Shown in pieces: positions 44,444 to 52,541 of a DNA stretch of 52,541 bases. Made by a program: the position numbers and the translations under genes. The DNA is from Candidatus Blautia pullistercoris (GTDB taxonomy: Bacteria > Bacillota > Clostridia > Lachnospirales > Lachnospiraceae): positions 1 through 52,541 of the forward strand of contig DXFG01000023.1 of NCBI GenBank assembly GCA_019114545.1, read 5' to 3'. Under the pieces are notes generated by a model. It had not been told where the DNA came from, did not search any database, and was given only the letters and a program-made list of their open reading frames with translations. The stretch's first letter is position 1; each line of letters begins with the position of its first letter.

Positions 44444-44860
44444 TTATACTTCTTTCTTTTCTTCTGTCTTTTCTTCAGCCGCCTTTTCTTCTTTTTCCTC
44501 AGAAAGAACTACTTCGCTTTTCTTTCCATCTGTAAATTTATTCAGGAAATCCGGCACCATATCCAGGATCTTTGTAAGACCATCCTGATTCTTGATATTC
44601 ACCAGTTTTGTTACACCTCCGGAGATCACCAGCACTGCACTGGGAGAGATCTTTCCTCCCATACCGCCTCCTCCGTTGTTCTTTTTTTCTCCGGAAAAGG
44701 CACCTGCTCCTACACCAAAGGTCACATCCACCAGAGGAAGGATGATGGTATCTCCCACTGTAATCGCATCGCCTACTACGGTTTTGGTGGTAATGAAGCT
44801 GTCCATACCTTTAAACAAAGATTCTACTGTTGATTGAAAGTTGTTATTTTCTGAAGCCAT
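44444..44860 (-). CDS. ytfJ: GerW/YtfJ-family sporulation protein
   Basis: TKTVVGDAI..IILP...VTFGVGAG..GGGGMGGKISP.AVLVI. Confidence 0.88.
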   Translation of the reverse strand: MASENNNFQSTVESLFKGMDSFITTKTVVGDAITVGDTIILPLVDVTFGVGAGAFSGEKKNNGGGGMGGKISPSAVLVISGGVTKLVNIKNQDGLTKILDMVPDFLNKFTDGKKSEVVLSEEKEEKAAEEKTEEKKEV

Positions 44861-44917
44861 AGCTGGTTCCTCCTTCACGTTGTTTATGACAATTTACCGG
44901 CCGGCAAAACCTGCCTT

Positions 44918-45853
44918 CTATTGTCTGAAATGCCTGATAATATAGCGGACATCCCGGCTGCGGAATATCTTCACAGCCGAAATCAGCAGCATAACGCCGT
45001 ACATTCTCCCTTTCAGAAAAACGGTTCCTTCTAAAACCGTCTGGTCAAAACAGGGCTCTATACTGAAATTTTCTCCATACAGAGGATAAAATATGCTTGC
45101 TGCCCCCAGAATTTCTCCAGTAAGGCATGGATCCTCTGTTCCGAATTTTATATAACCCTCCGTTTTTTGGGGAAGTACATGAATCAGCAGCTTTTTCCCT
45201 TCCTGCAGTATCAGATTCATCCCTCTTTTGAATTTTTCATTTTCCAGAAATTTCTTTATTTTTTTTATTTTATCACAGATGTCTTTTACTGTTAACCGAA
45301 AATTTTTCAAAGCTTTCATTATTTTTCCAGGGAACCGGAGAATTTCCCGTATCTTTTTGAGAAAAGCCGGCTCTTTTTTCCTGGCCGTTGCTCTCTTTTC
45401 TGTATTTTGTCTTTCCGGCCCGACTTCCGGACTTCCCTCTTCTGTTTCTGCCTCCGAAGGTTCCAAAGCTTTTTTCTCCTCTGTCCGGATCACTTCATTG
45501 GAGGATGGTGTCTGGGGAAGCAGAATCTTTTTTCCTCTCTTCTCCCCTGTCTTCTTCCTTTTCCGCTGCTTCAGGGCTTTGAAAAGCTTCCGTACCGGAA
45601 TCCCGAAAATTCTTATCTCATAGTCCGATTTTTCTTCCTTGCTGTCATACCATACTGTAAGGCCGATCAAATGGAAAAGCCAGGAAACCCCGGCTTTTCC
45701 CTCATATTGCTCCTTGTCCCGGTATCCCCGGGCCTGATATCGTACGGGGCAGAACAAAAAGGCCAATACTCCAAGCAAAAGAATTCCCAGCAAGATAAGG
45801 AGAAGAATGCCGATTACTTTTAAAATCATGAAAACAATATGTAGCACTGCCAT
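44918..45853 (-). CDS. DUF2953/YtfI-like membrane protein
   Basis: Long N-terminal TM, FGTEDPCLTG motif, directly upstream of ytfJ. Confidence 0.75.
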   Translation of the reverse strand: MAVLHIVFMILKVIGILLLILLGILLLGVLAFLFCPVRYQARGYRDKEQYEGKAGVSWLFHLIGLTVWYDSKEEKSDYEIRIFGIPVRKLFKALKQRKRKKTGEKRGKKILLPQTPSSNEVIRTEEKKALEPSEAETEEGSPEVGPERQNTEKRATARKKEPAFLKKIREILRFPGKIMKALKNFRLTVKDICDKIKKIKKFLENEKFKRGMNLILQEGKKLLIHVLPQKTEGYIKFGTEDPCLTGEILGAASIFYPLYGENFSIEPCFDQTVLEGTVFLKGRMYGVMLLISAVKIFRSRDVRYIIRHFRQ

Positions 45854-45857
45854 TTTT

Positions 45858-46190
45858 TCACCTGCTGTCCTCCCCTATCTGTTTTTCCAGCCATTTTCTT
45901 ACATTTCCCGTACCGGTTTCCCTATAAGTCCGCTGTACCATGGTCTCTACCAGCTCCAGAGCTTCCCAGTAGCCGCAGGCCAGGCCTACGATCACCGGAC
46001 AGTTCTTCCGCCTTGCTTTCTGCAACAGTTCGTTAGCAGAAAAAATATCCAGCTGATCCCGGCCATTTGCTGCAAGGGTGATCAGATAAACGTCGATCAC
46101 CCCGGCTCCCTGATTGATCCTGCGGATCAGTTTCTTTTTTTTCTTTTTTGCATTATTGCCAATATACAGCCCCTTATACCAGTTTAACAT
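45858..46190 (-). CDS. Conserved hypothetical protein
   Basis: Operon-packed 110-aa ORF, basic N-terminus. Confidence 0.7.
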   Translation of the reverse strand: MLNWYKGLYIGNNAKKKKKKLIRRINQGAGVIDVYLITLAANGRDQLDIFSANELLQKARRKNCPVIVGLACGYWEALELVETMVQRTYRETGTGNVRKWLEKQIGEDSR

Positions 46191-46213
46191 AAAAACTTCT
46201 TTCCCATCGAATC

Positions 46214-47728
46214 CTATTTTTTCAGTCTTTCCTCTATTGCATTGACCACAGATTCCAGGACCTTGATCCTGGCGTAATATTTATTGTTACCTTCCACAAT
46301 GATCCAGGGTGCATAAGAAGTAGAGGTCTTTATGATCATTTCATTGACCGCTTCCTCGTACTGATCCCATTTCTCCCGGTTCCTCCAGTCCTCATCTGTG
46401 ATCTTCCACTGTTTCTCCGGGTTTTCCATACGCTCCTTAAATCTCCGCTCCTGCTCGTCCTTATCGATCTGCATCCAGAACTTCAGCACAATAGCCCCGG
46501 AATGAGCCAGATGGGCTTCCATATCATTGATTTCCCGATAAGCCCTCTGCCATTCTTCCCTGGTGCAGAAGCCTTCGATCCGCTCCACCATAACTCTGCC
46601 GTACCATGTCCTGTCAAAGATCGTAATATGGCCGTCTTTCGGCATGGCCTTCCAGAATCTCCAGAGATAATGATGGCTTTTCTCTGTAGGGGTAGGAGAA
46701 GCCGTAGGACTTACCAGATATCCTCTGGGGTCCATAGGCTCTGTAAGACGTTTGATGGCTCCCCCTTTTCCTCCAGCGTCCCAGCCTTCAAATCCCAGGA
46801 CTACCGGTATTCTCTGCCGGTACAGTTCGCTGTGCAGGATCTCCATACGATCCTGAAGTCTTTTCAGCTTTTCCTTATATTCTTCCTTCGTATAGGCAAG
46901 AGACAGATCAACTTTGCTCAGTACCGTTGAATCCAGTTCCTTGTCTTCCTTAGGCTGCCAGGCTGTTTTTTCTTCCCGTACTGCTTTTTTCTCTTCTGCC
47001 AGAGACATTTCTTCTCTCCTGGCTGCTACTTTTTCTGAAAGTTTTTCCACTACAGTAGCATAAATCTTAGCAGTAGCAAATCGCCGGTCTTCGGCCTCGA
47101 TAATGGTCCATGGGGCATATTCCGACTCAGTCTTTTCCAGCATTTCCTCATTCATGGCCTTATAGCGTTCATATTCTTTATTTCTCTTAAGGTCTTCTTT
47201 ACTGACTCTCCATGCAGTTTCTTTGGAGTCCAGCAGTTTGTCAAAACGCTTCTTCTGCTCTTTCTGACTGATATACAGAAAAAACTTGATCAGTACTGTG
47301 CCGTCATCGGTCAGTGTACGCTCAAAAGTGTTGATCTCCTGGTAAGCATAGAGGAGTTCTTCTCTGGAAATCTTGTTCTCAAAACGATCCACAGAAACCT
47401 TTCTGTACCAGCTTGTATCAAAAATAGCCATACGTCCTTTTTCCGGCGTTTTCGTCCAAAAACGCCACAGGAAGGGGTGCATCTCTTCTTCTTCCGTAGC
47501 TTTCTTAATGGCAAAAACCTGAAATCCTCTGGGATCCAGAGGATAGATCAGTTTGCTGATCTGCAGGCCTTTTCCCGAAGCTCCCAGCCCTTCAAAAACA
47601 AGGATTACCGGAATCCCCAGGGCCTTGCATTCTCTCTGGAGCTTGGCAAGCTGAGGCTCCATAACCTCCATTTTCTCCTGATACACGCTTTTTTCCATTT
47701 TCTTTGTAAGATTGATCTGTTCCAACAT
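46214..47728 (-). CDS. pap: Polyphosphate:AMP phosphotransferase (two-domain PPK2)
   Basis: Two PPK2 domains: FEGLGASGKG/FDTSWY and FEGWDAGGKGG/FDRTWYGR, WKITDEDW. Confidence 0.93.
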   Translation of the reverse strand: MLEQINLTKKMEKSVYQEKMEVMEPQLAKLQRECKALGIPVILVFEGLGASGKGLQISKLIYPLDPRGFQVFAIKKATEEEEMHPFLWRFWTKTPEKGRMAIFDTSWYRKVSVDRFENKISREELLYAYQEINTFERTLTDDGTVLIKFFLYISQKEQKKRFDKLLDSKETAWRVSKEDLKRNKEYERYKAMNEEMLEKTESEYAPWTIIEAEDRRFATAKIYATVVEKLSEKVAARREEMSLAEEKKAVREEKTAWQPKEDKELDSTVLSKVDLSLAYTKEEYKEKLKRLQDRMEILHSELYRQRIPVVLGFEGWDAGGKGGAIKRLTEPMDPRGYLVSPTASPTPTEKSHHYLWRFWKAMPKDGHITIFDRTWYGRVMVERIEGFCTREEWQRAYREINDMEAHLAHSGAIVLKFWMQIDKDEQERRFKERMENPEKQWKITDEDWRNREKWDQYEEAVNEMIIKTSTSYAPWIIVEGNNKYYARIKVLESVVNAIEERLKK

Positions 47729-47770
47729 CTCTTACCGCACCTCCTTCATTGGGCAGACCCTGATATGGAA

Positions 47771-47818
47771 GAAGCTGCCGCAGTAAACAGCATCTATTTG
47801 TTTAATGCGGCAGCCTTC
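47771..47818 (-). other. Intercistronic hairpin between the NUDIX gene and ppk2
   Basis: GCTGCCGCA-G-TAAACA...TGTTTA-A-TGCGGCAGC; weak U-tail. Confidence 0.55.
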
Positions 47819-47819
47819 T

Positions 47820-48272
47820 CTAAAAGTACTTTCGATTCCCCCAAAGATTTGCTTTCTTCAGATCCAGGTATTCGCTGTAAGCTCTTTCCAATATCTGTTT
47901 TTCATTGGAAAAGCGCAGCAGATGATATGCCTCGTGGAACTTGTAAAAGCCGGAATCCACAAAGTATTCCTCCCTCTGCGGTCTGCTGTAATAGCTGTTT
48001 GCAGACATGAGATACCAGTAAACATTCTTTTCTACAGTATCTTCCGGAATGCAAAAACTATACTGACTCTTCCCTATATATTTAATAATATTTGCGGCAA
48101 CGCCTGCCTCTTCCTTCACCTCCCGAAGAGCAGTGGTTTTATAATCTTCTCCCTTTTCCACGGTTCCTTTGGGCAGCACCCATCCCTCATATTTATGCTT
48201 ATAGGATTTATACAAAGTCAGTATCTTTCCCCTATAGATCACCACCCCGCCACAGCTTGTTGCTTCGATCAT
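47820..48272 (-). CDS. NUDIX hydrolase (Ap4A-hydrolase-like)
   Basis: Nudix box GTVEKGEDYKTTALREVKEEAGV, WVLPKG. ATG 48272 follows AGGAGG; own promoter TTGCGC-17-TATACT upstream. Confidence 0.9.
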   Translation of the reverse strand: MIEATSCGGVVIYRGKILTLYKSYKHKYEGWVLPKGTVEKGEDYKTTALREVKEEAGVAANIIKYIGKSQYSFCIPEDTVEKNVYWYLMSANSYYSRPQREEYFVDSGFYKFHEAYHLLRFSNEKQILERAYSEYLDLKKANLWGNRKYF

Positions 48273-48373
48273 TTTGCGGTTCCTCCTGCTAAAGGCATCC
48301 TGAGAACGCCTGCGTTGTGTTCTTAAAGGTAGTATACATCTTTTTCGGGAACGGCGCAATCCCTTCTTCTTTG

Positions 48374-49879
48374 TCATCCATAGTAGTATGCGTTAAAGAT
48401 CTCGTGAGCAATAGGCACCGCAGCCCTGCTGCCTGTACCGGCACCTTCGGCGATCACCGCCACCACCAGATCCGGATCATCCACATTAGAGAAGCCGATA
48501 AACCAGGAGTGGGTCCTGATAGAACCATCGCTTCCTTCATACTCTGCAGATCCGGTCTTTCCTGCTGCGCTGTAGCTTTCCCCGGCAAGCTGGGTACCTG
48601 TACCGGAATTTACTACTTCTGACATCAGACTTTTCAATGCCTGCGCTTCGCTTTCACTCATCAGGTCTTTATAGACCGAAGGTTCCGTTGTTTTGATCAC
48701 ATCTCCTCCGTCATTCTCTATATGGTCAATATAATAAGGTTCCATCAATTCTCCGCCGTTAGCGATAGCACTGGTGATCATAGCCATGTGCATAGGAGAT
48801 ACCAAGGTGGTCCCCTGCCCGATAGAAGACTGCATCAAGAAGGGAATTCCCTCTGATTCTTTCAGATCTATAGTACTCTTCCGGTAATCCAGAGAAATGG
48901 GCAGTTCATTGTTAAACAGAAGATCTTCCGCTGTTTTCTGGATGGTATCTGCCCCAAGATCCAGTCCCATCTGGACAAAAGCCGTATTACAGGACTCGGC
49001 AAAAGCCGTGGTAAAATCCACCTGTCCATGTACTTCGCCCTCAAAACAGGGGATGGTATGGCCTTCCTGAGTAATACTTCCCGTACAATTGTAAGAAAAA
49101 TCATCCAGAGTTCCATGTTCCCTGAGATAGGCTAGGGACATAACCACTTTAAAAATGGATCCCGGAGGGTAAGCTCCCTGAGTCGCCCGGTTCAGCAGAC
49201 TGCTGTTGGTACTGTCATTTGCCAGAGCGTCCCAGTTGGCTTCTATGGTATTGGGATCAAAGTCCGGCTTGCTTACAGAAGCCAGTACAGCCCCGGTCTG
49301 GGGATCCATCACCACTACAGCTCCATTATAACCTCCCAGCGCATTGTATGCCACTTCCTGCAGCCTGGTATTCAAAGTAGTCACCACATTATCTCCAGGA
49401 TTTTTCATATCCATGATCTCATTTTTGATCCGATCCACATATTCATGGTGGGTGGACATAAGAGAAGAATTCGCCAAAGCTTCCAGACCGTTTTTCCCAT
49501 TGGATACATAGCCTACCACATGGGCGAACATACTGCCGTAAGGATAGACTCTGGTCTCATTCCCTGCATCGTCTGTCTGGGTATAAGCCAGGGTCTGTCC
49601 GTCTGCGGAAAGAATACTTCCTCTTACGATCCTGTCCTCCGCCTGATTCTGCCTGCTGTTGTAAGGACTGCTGATAATATCCTCTCTCTCCCAGATATTA
49701 AAATATCCCATATAAGCGATAAGAGAAACAAAAATCAGCACAAAGAAATAGCTGACGATCGTATACTCCCGGTTTTTCCGCCGTTTCGCCTTCTTCCGTT
49801 TTTTTCTCTGAAGTTCTTCTTCTCTTCTAAGCTGTTTCTCATATTTTTTCTTTTTGCCGTTCAAATTCCTCATCCTCAT
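48374..49879 (-). CDS. Class B penicillin-binding transpeptidase
   Basis: RGSILSADG, RVYPYG, PGSIFK (SxxK), SCN, KTG. Confidence 0.93.
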   Translation of the reverse strand: MRMRNLNGKKKKYEKQLRREEELQRKKRKKAKRRKNREYTIVSYFFVLIFVSLIAYMGYFNIWEREDIISSPYNSRQNQAEDRIVRGSILSADGQTLAYTQTDDAGNETRVYPYGSMFAHVVGYVSNGKNGLEALANSSLMSTHHEYVDRIKNEIMDMKNPGDNVVTTLNTRLQEVAYNALGGYNGAVVVMDPQTGAVLASVSKPDFDPNTIEANWDALANDSTNSSLLNRATQGAYPPGSIFKVVMSLAYLREHGTLDDFSYNCTGSITQEGHTIPCFEGEVHGQVDFTTAFAESCNTAFVQMGLDLGADTIQKTAEDLLFNNELPISLDYRKSTIDLKESEGIPFLMQSSIGQGTTLVSPMHMAMITSAIANGGELMEPYYIDHIENDGGDVIKTTEPSVYKDLMSESEAQALKSLMSEVVNSGTGTQLAGESYSAAGKTGSAEYEGSDGSIRTHSWFIGFSNVDDPDLVVAVIAEGAGTGSRAAVPIAHEIFNAYYYG

Positions 49880-51176
49880 CTTCTCTCAAAATATACAGTC
49901 CCTGGATAATCGCCAGCATGATAATCGTCGCCAGAACGGAACTTCCTCCGTAGCTTACCAGAGGCAGGGTAATCCCTGTCATGGGTATAAATTTGCTGAC
50001 TCCGCCAATGGTCAGAAATACCTGAAAAGCATATTCTGTGCCCAGTCCAAGGGCAATCAATTTATAAAACCGTTTCTTAATTCTCAGAGAAATATTTACA
50101 ACCAGAAGGAACATACTCATGCACACCAGGATCATACAGATGGCAAAAACTCCTCCCAATTCCTCACAGATAGCCGCAAACATGTAGTCCTGCTGCACAA
50201 ATGGGATCAGTTCCGGAGATCCCTGGCACAGACCCACACCAAACCAGCCGCCTGCACCGATGGCAAAAAGTCCCTGAAGGATCTGATAGCCGGAAGTTTC
50301 CCAGACAGAAAAAGGATCTCTCCAGGCCACAACTCTCTGTCTTACATGAGAAAACAGGAAATAAGCGATTATGGCCGCCAGGCAGCCGCTTCCCAGTCCA
50401 GCAAAAAGATACAGAGGTTTCTTGGTGGCCACGTAAAGCATGACTACATAAGTAATGAAAAACACTACTGCGCTTCCCAGATCTCTGGATAGAACCAGCA
50501 CCAGTACATAAGCCGCCGCCACCGCCGTAGTGATCACATGATCCATAAAAGTTGCGCTTTTCTTATAAAGTCTGCTGGCTACAAAAAATACAAAAATGAT
50601 CTTTACAAATTCTGAAGGCTGGAAGGTAAAAGATCCGATATTAATATTGATCTTCGCTCCGTTAACATTTGAGCCCACCACCAGCACCACTGCCAGCATG
50701 AGAAATCCTGCTGCTGCATAAAGCCATGTGAGTTTTTTCAGAAAATACATTTTCCGTATCATTACCGGAATGACCATGGCCAGCACCGTAGCCGCCACAG
50801 CAATGGCCATCTGCCTCAGTCCCGAATCCGGATCCAGTCTGGCCAGCATAATAAATCCGATAGACAAAAGCATGCACATGTGATTCAGCAGAAGAATAGA
50901 AGAATTCTTATATAAAGCCCTGTATAATGCCTGGACGATGACCAGATACAGGATCAGCGCTCCGAAAATATACAGAACCTTTAGTTCCTCTGTCTGCAGA
51001 AAAATCACAAGAAAAGCCGTAAAATCCAAAAAAATGATCAATAGAAGCTGCTTTCGCAGGATATATCTCTGGTCATAATCCTCTTCATACCGGAAAACCA
51101 GAAAGCTTTCCAGGGTATACAGCAGCATGATGATCAGTATCAGGTATTTTGATAGTTCAACAATAATATTCAGCAC
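49839..51176 (-). CDS. FtsW/RodA/SpoVE SEDS-family glycosyltransferase
   Basis: FQPSEFVK, DLG, GYQI, IPMTGITLPLVSYGGSS. Confidence 0.95.
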   Translation of the reverse strand: MLNIIVELSKYLILIIMLLYTLESFLVFRYEEDYDQRYILRKQLLLIIFLDFTAFLVIFLQTEELKVLYIFGALILYLVIVQALYRALYKNSSILLLNHMCMLLSIGFIMLARLDPDSGLRQMAIAVAATVLAMVIPVMIRKMYFLKKLTWLYAAAGFLMLAVVLVVGSNVNGAKININIGSFTFQPSEFVKIIFVFFVASRLYKKSATFMDHVITTAVAAAYVLVLVLSRDLGSAVVFFITYVVMLYVATKKPLYLFAGLGSGCLAAIIAYFLFSHVRQRVVAWRDPFSVWETSGYQILQGLFAIGAGGWFGVGLCQGSPELIPFVQQDYMFAAICEELGGVFAICMILVCMSMFLLVVNISLRIKKRFYKLIALGLGTEYAFQVFLTIGGVSKFIPMTGITLPLVSYGGSSVLATIIMLAIIQGLYILREDEDEEFERQKEKI

Positions 51177-51184
51177 TTTTTCAC

Positions 51185-52541
51185 CTACTCTACTCCCCTT
51201 CTGAAATGCCCCTTTGTAAATGCAGGCAGTTTCTCCGGAATTTTCTTTTTCTCTGTTTGTTCTATAAATCCATATGCCAGGGCAAAAAGCTCCAGCAGCT
51301 CTCCGGTCTCCTTATATCCTTCCTCTGTAAAATTCAGACGAAAGAAAGGAATCTCCATATCCAGTATCTCCCCGGCTTCCCGGATAAGTCCGGTGGGAAT
51401 GCTGTTGTAGATCACATTATAGCAGAAATCGCAGGAACATTTTGTCAGAAACTGCTGTCCGTAACGGTCTTTCAGCCATACCTTTGCGGATCTGTGATCA
51501 CAGGATCCGCAGGTCTTCTTCAGACACTGGGCGGAAACCATCATAGGATAATAACCGTAGAGGATCATTTCACTGTTCCGGCAATCCTTCTCCCTGATCT
51601 CCCTTCCATTCAGTTCCAAAGGCAGGGTTGTCCGTTTCACCCCCAAGGCCTCCAGAAAGCCTTTTGCCCTGTCGTTGAAATTATAAAGAGAATAATCACA
51701 GACCAGCTTCTCTTCAAGCCCAAGAGCCTTCAGATATCCCAGTTCCTCCAGATTTCTCACCAGAAATCCATCTATATCCTCTCCCAGTTCCCGAAAAATA
51801 TCCTCATATCCCTCCAGGCGGCTTTCCCTGAGCATATAAGGCATTGCCAGATAAAATTCTTTTCCGGCCAGGGCTGCCTCTTTTGAAGCCTTTCGTACAT
51901 CAGCTTCCAGATTTTTTAATCCGATCATAGAAAGGGAAGCATAAACTCCTGTAACTGCCCTGCTCTCCATGACAGCTCTCCACTGCTCTTTGGTTTCCAC
52001 AAACGCATAAAGCTTTCTCCCATACAGAGGTTCTTCTGTCCTTTCCTCTGACTTTTTCTTTTCTTCCGGCTCTGTTTCCGGTTCTGTGGAAAGCTTTCTT
52101 CGGAATTTCTTCAGATATGCTTTTTCCAGCTCTTCAAGCCCCTCCCTTCGCAGAGCATTCAAACTCTGCATTGGCAGAAATCCTTTTTCATCGGTGAGGA
52201 TTTCCAAATTTTCAAAAGCAAAGGGGGTTTCTCCTGTTTTTTCCATCTGCCGCCTTACCCTGTCTATGGAAAGCGGCTGCTTCAGGGCCTCCTCCACCAG
52301 GCTTCCCTGAACCTGCACATGGACATCCTGAAAGTCCAAATCCAGTATAGCAGGACTGCCGGCATAGAGGATTAAATTTCCATAAATTTTTTCTTGTGTT
52401 TTTGTATCTAAATATTTCTTTTTTAATTCAGCGAACAGTTTTTCATTACGATTTTCTGAAAATTTTTTCTTCCGGTCCTGCTCTTTATAATTAACCACAG
52501 CCATCATGCTTCGCCCATTGTGGCTGTGATAATAGCCCTGA
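51185..52541 (-). CDS. C-terminal part of a long U32-family protein (RlhA-like, DUF3656); 5' end outside the window
   Basis: Frame open to the window edge (QGYYHSHNGRSMM...); KTGETPF, LNALRRE, PLELN, MVSAQC, TKGHFRRGVE. Confidence 0.82.
   Translation of the reverse strand, partial: QGYYHSHNGRSMMAVVNYKEQDRKKKFSENRNEKLFAELKKKYLDTKTQEKIYGNLILYAGSPAILDLDFQDVHVQVQGSLVEEALKQPLSIDRVRRQMEKTGETPFAFENLEILTDEKGFLPMQSLNALRREGLEELEKAYLKKFRRKLSTEPETEPEEKKKSEERTEEPLYGRKLYAFVETKEQWRAVMESRAVTGVYASLSMIGLKNLEADVRKASKEAALAGKEFYLAMPYMLRESRLEGYEDIFRELGEDIDGFLVRNLEELGYLKALGLEEKLVCDYSLYNFNDRAKGFLEALGVKRTTLPLELNGREIREKDCRNSEMILYGYYPMMVSAQCLKKTCGSCDHRSAKVWLKDRYGQQFLTKCSCDFCYNVIYNSIPTGLIREAGEILDMEIPFFRLNFTEEGYKETGELLELFALAYGFIEQTEKKKIPEKLPAFTKGHFRRGVE

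Overview
A 52.5 kb chromosomal window from a low/medium-GC, spore-forming Firmicute; gene content and order point to Lachnospiraceae (Blautia-like), which is an inference. Almost all genes lie on the minus strand. The left third is accessory metabolism: a truncated OmpR-type response regulator, a fructose PTS operon, an HPr/RNase HI/phosphatase trio, a mannitol-type PTS operon lacking mtlD but carrying a YggP/SorE-like dehydrogenase and a second 1-phosphofructokinase, a 5'-deleted pxpBC plus D-2-hydroxyacid dehydrogenase unit, an LDH-fold malate dehydrogenase plus malic enzyme pair, an orphan metal-sensing module, and a MoxR-DUF58-transglutaminase triad. The rest is conserved core: recU, lepB, RNA-modification genes, a small alarmone synthetase, pepD, coaD, rsmD, mgsA, recG, fakA, rpmB, ppk2, a SEDS-bPBP pair and sporulation genes. 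I found no CRISPR array, rRNA, intact tRNA, transposase or prophage. Best leads: (1) a signal-peptide-bearing leader ORF ending in the RAPP ribosome-arrest motif, heading a putatively Rex-controlled malate-shunt operon; (2) a candidate mannitol -> fructose-1-phosphate route; (3) a two-state RNA switch over the deoR ribosome-binding site. All calls come from reading the sequence and recalling motifs; no database searches were run.
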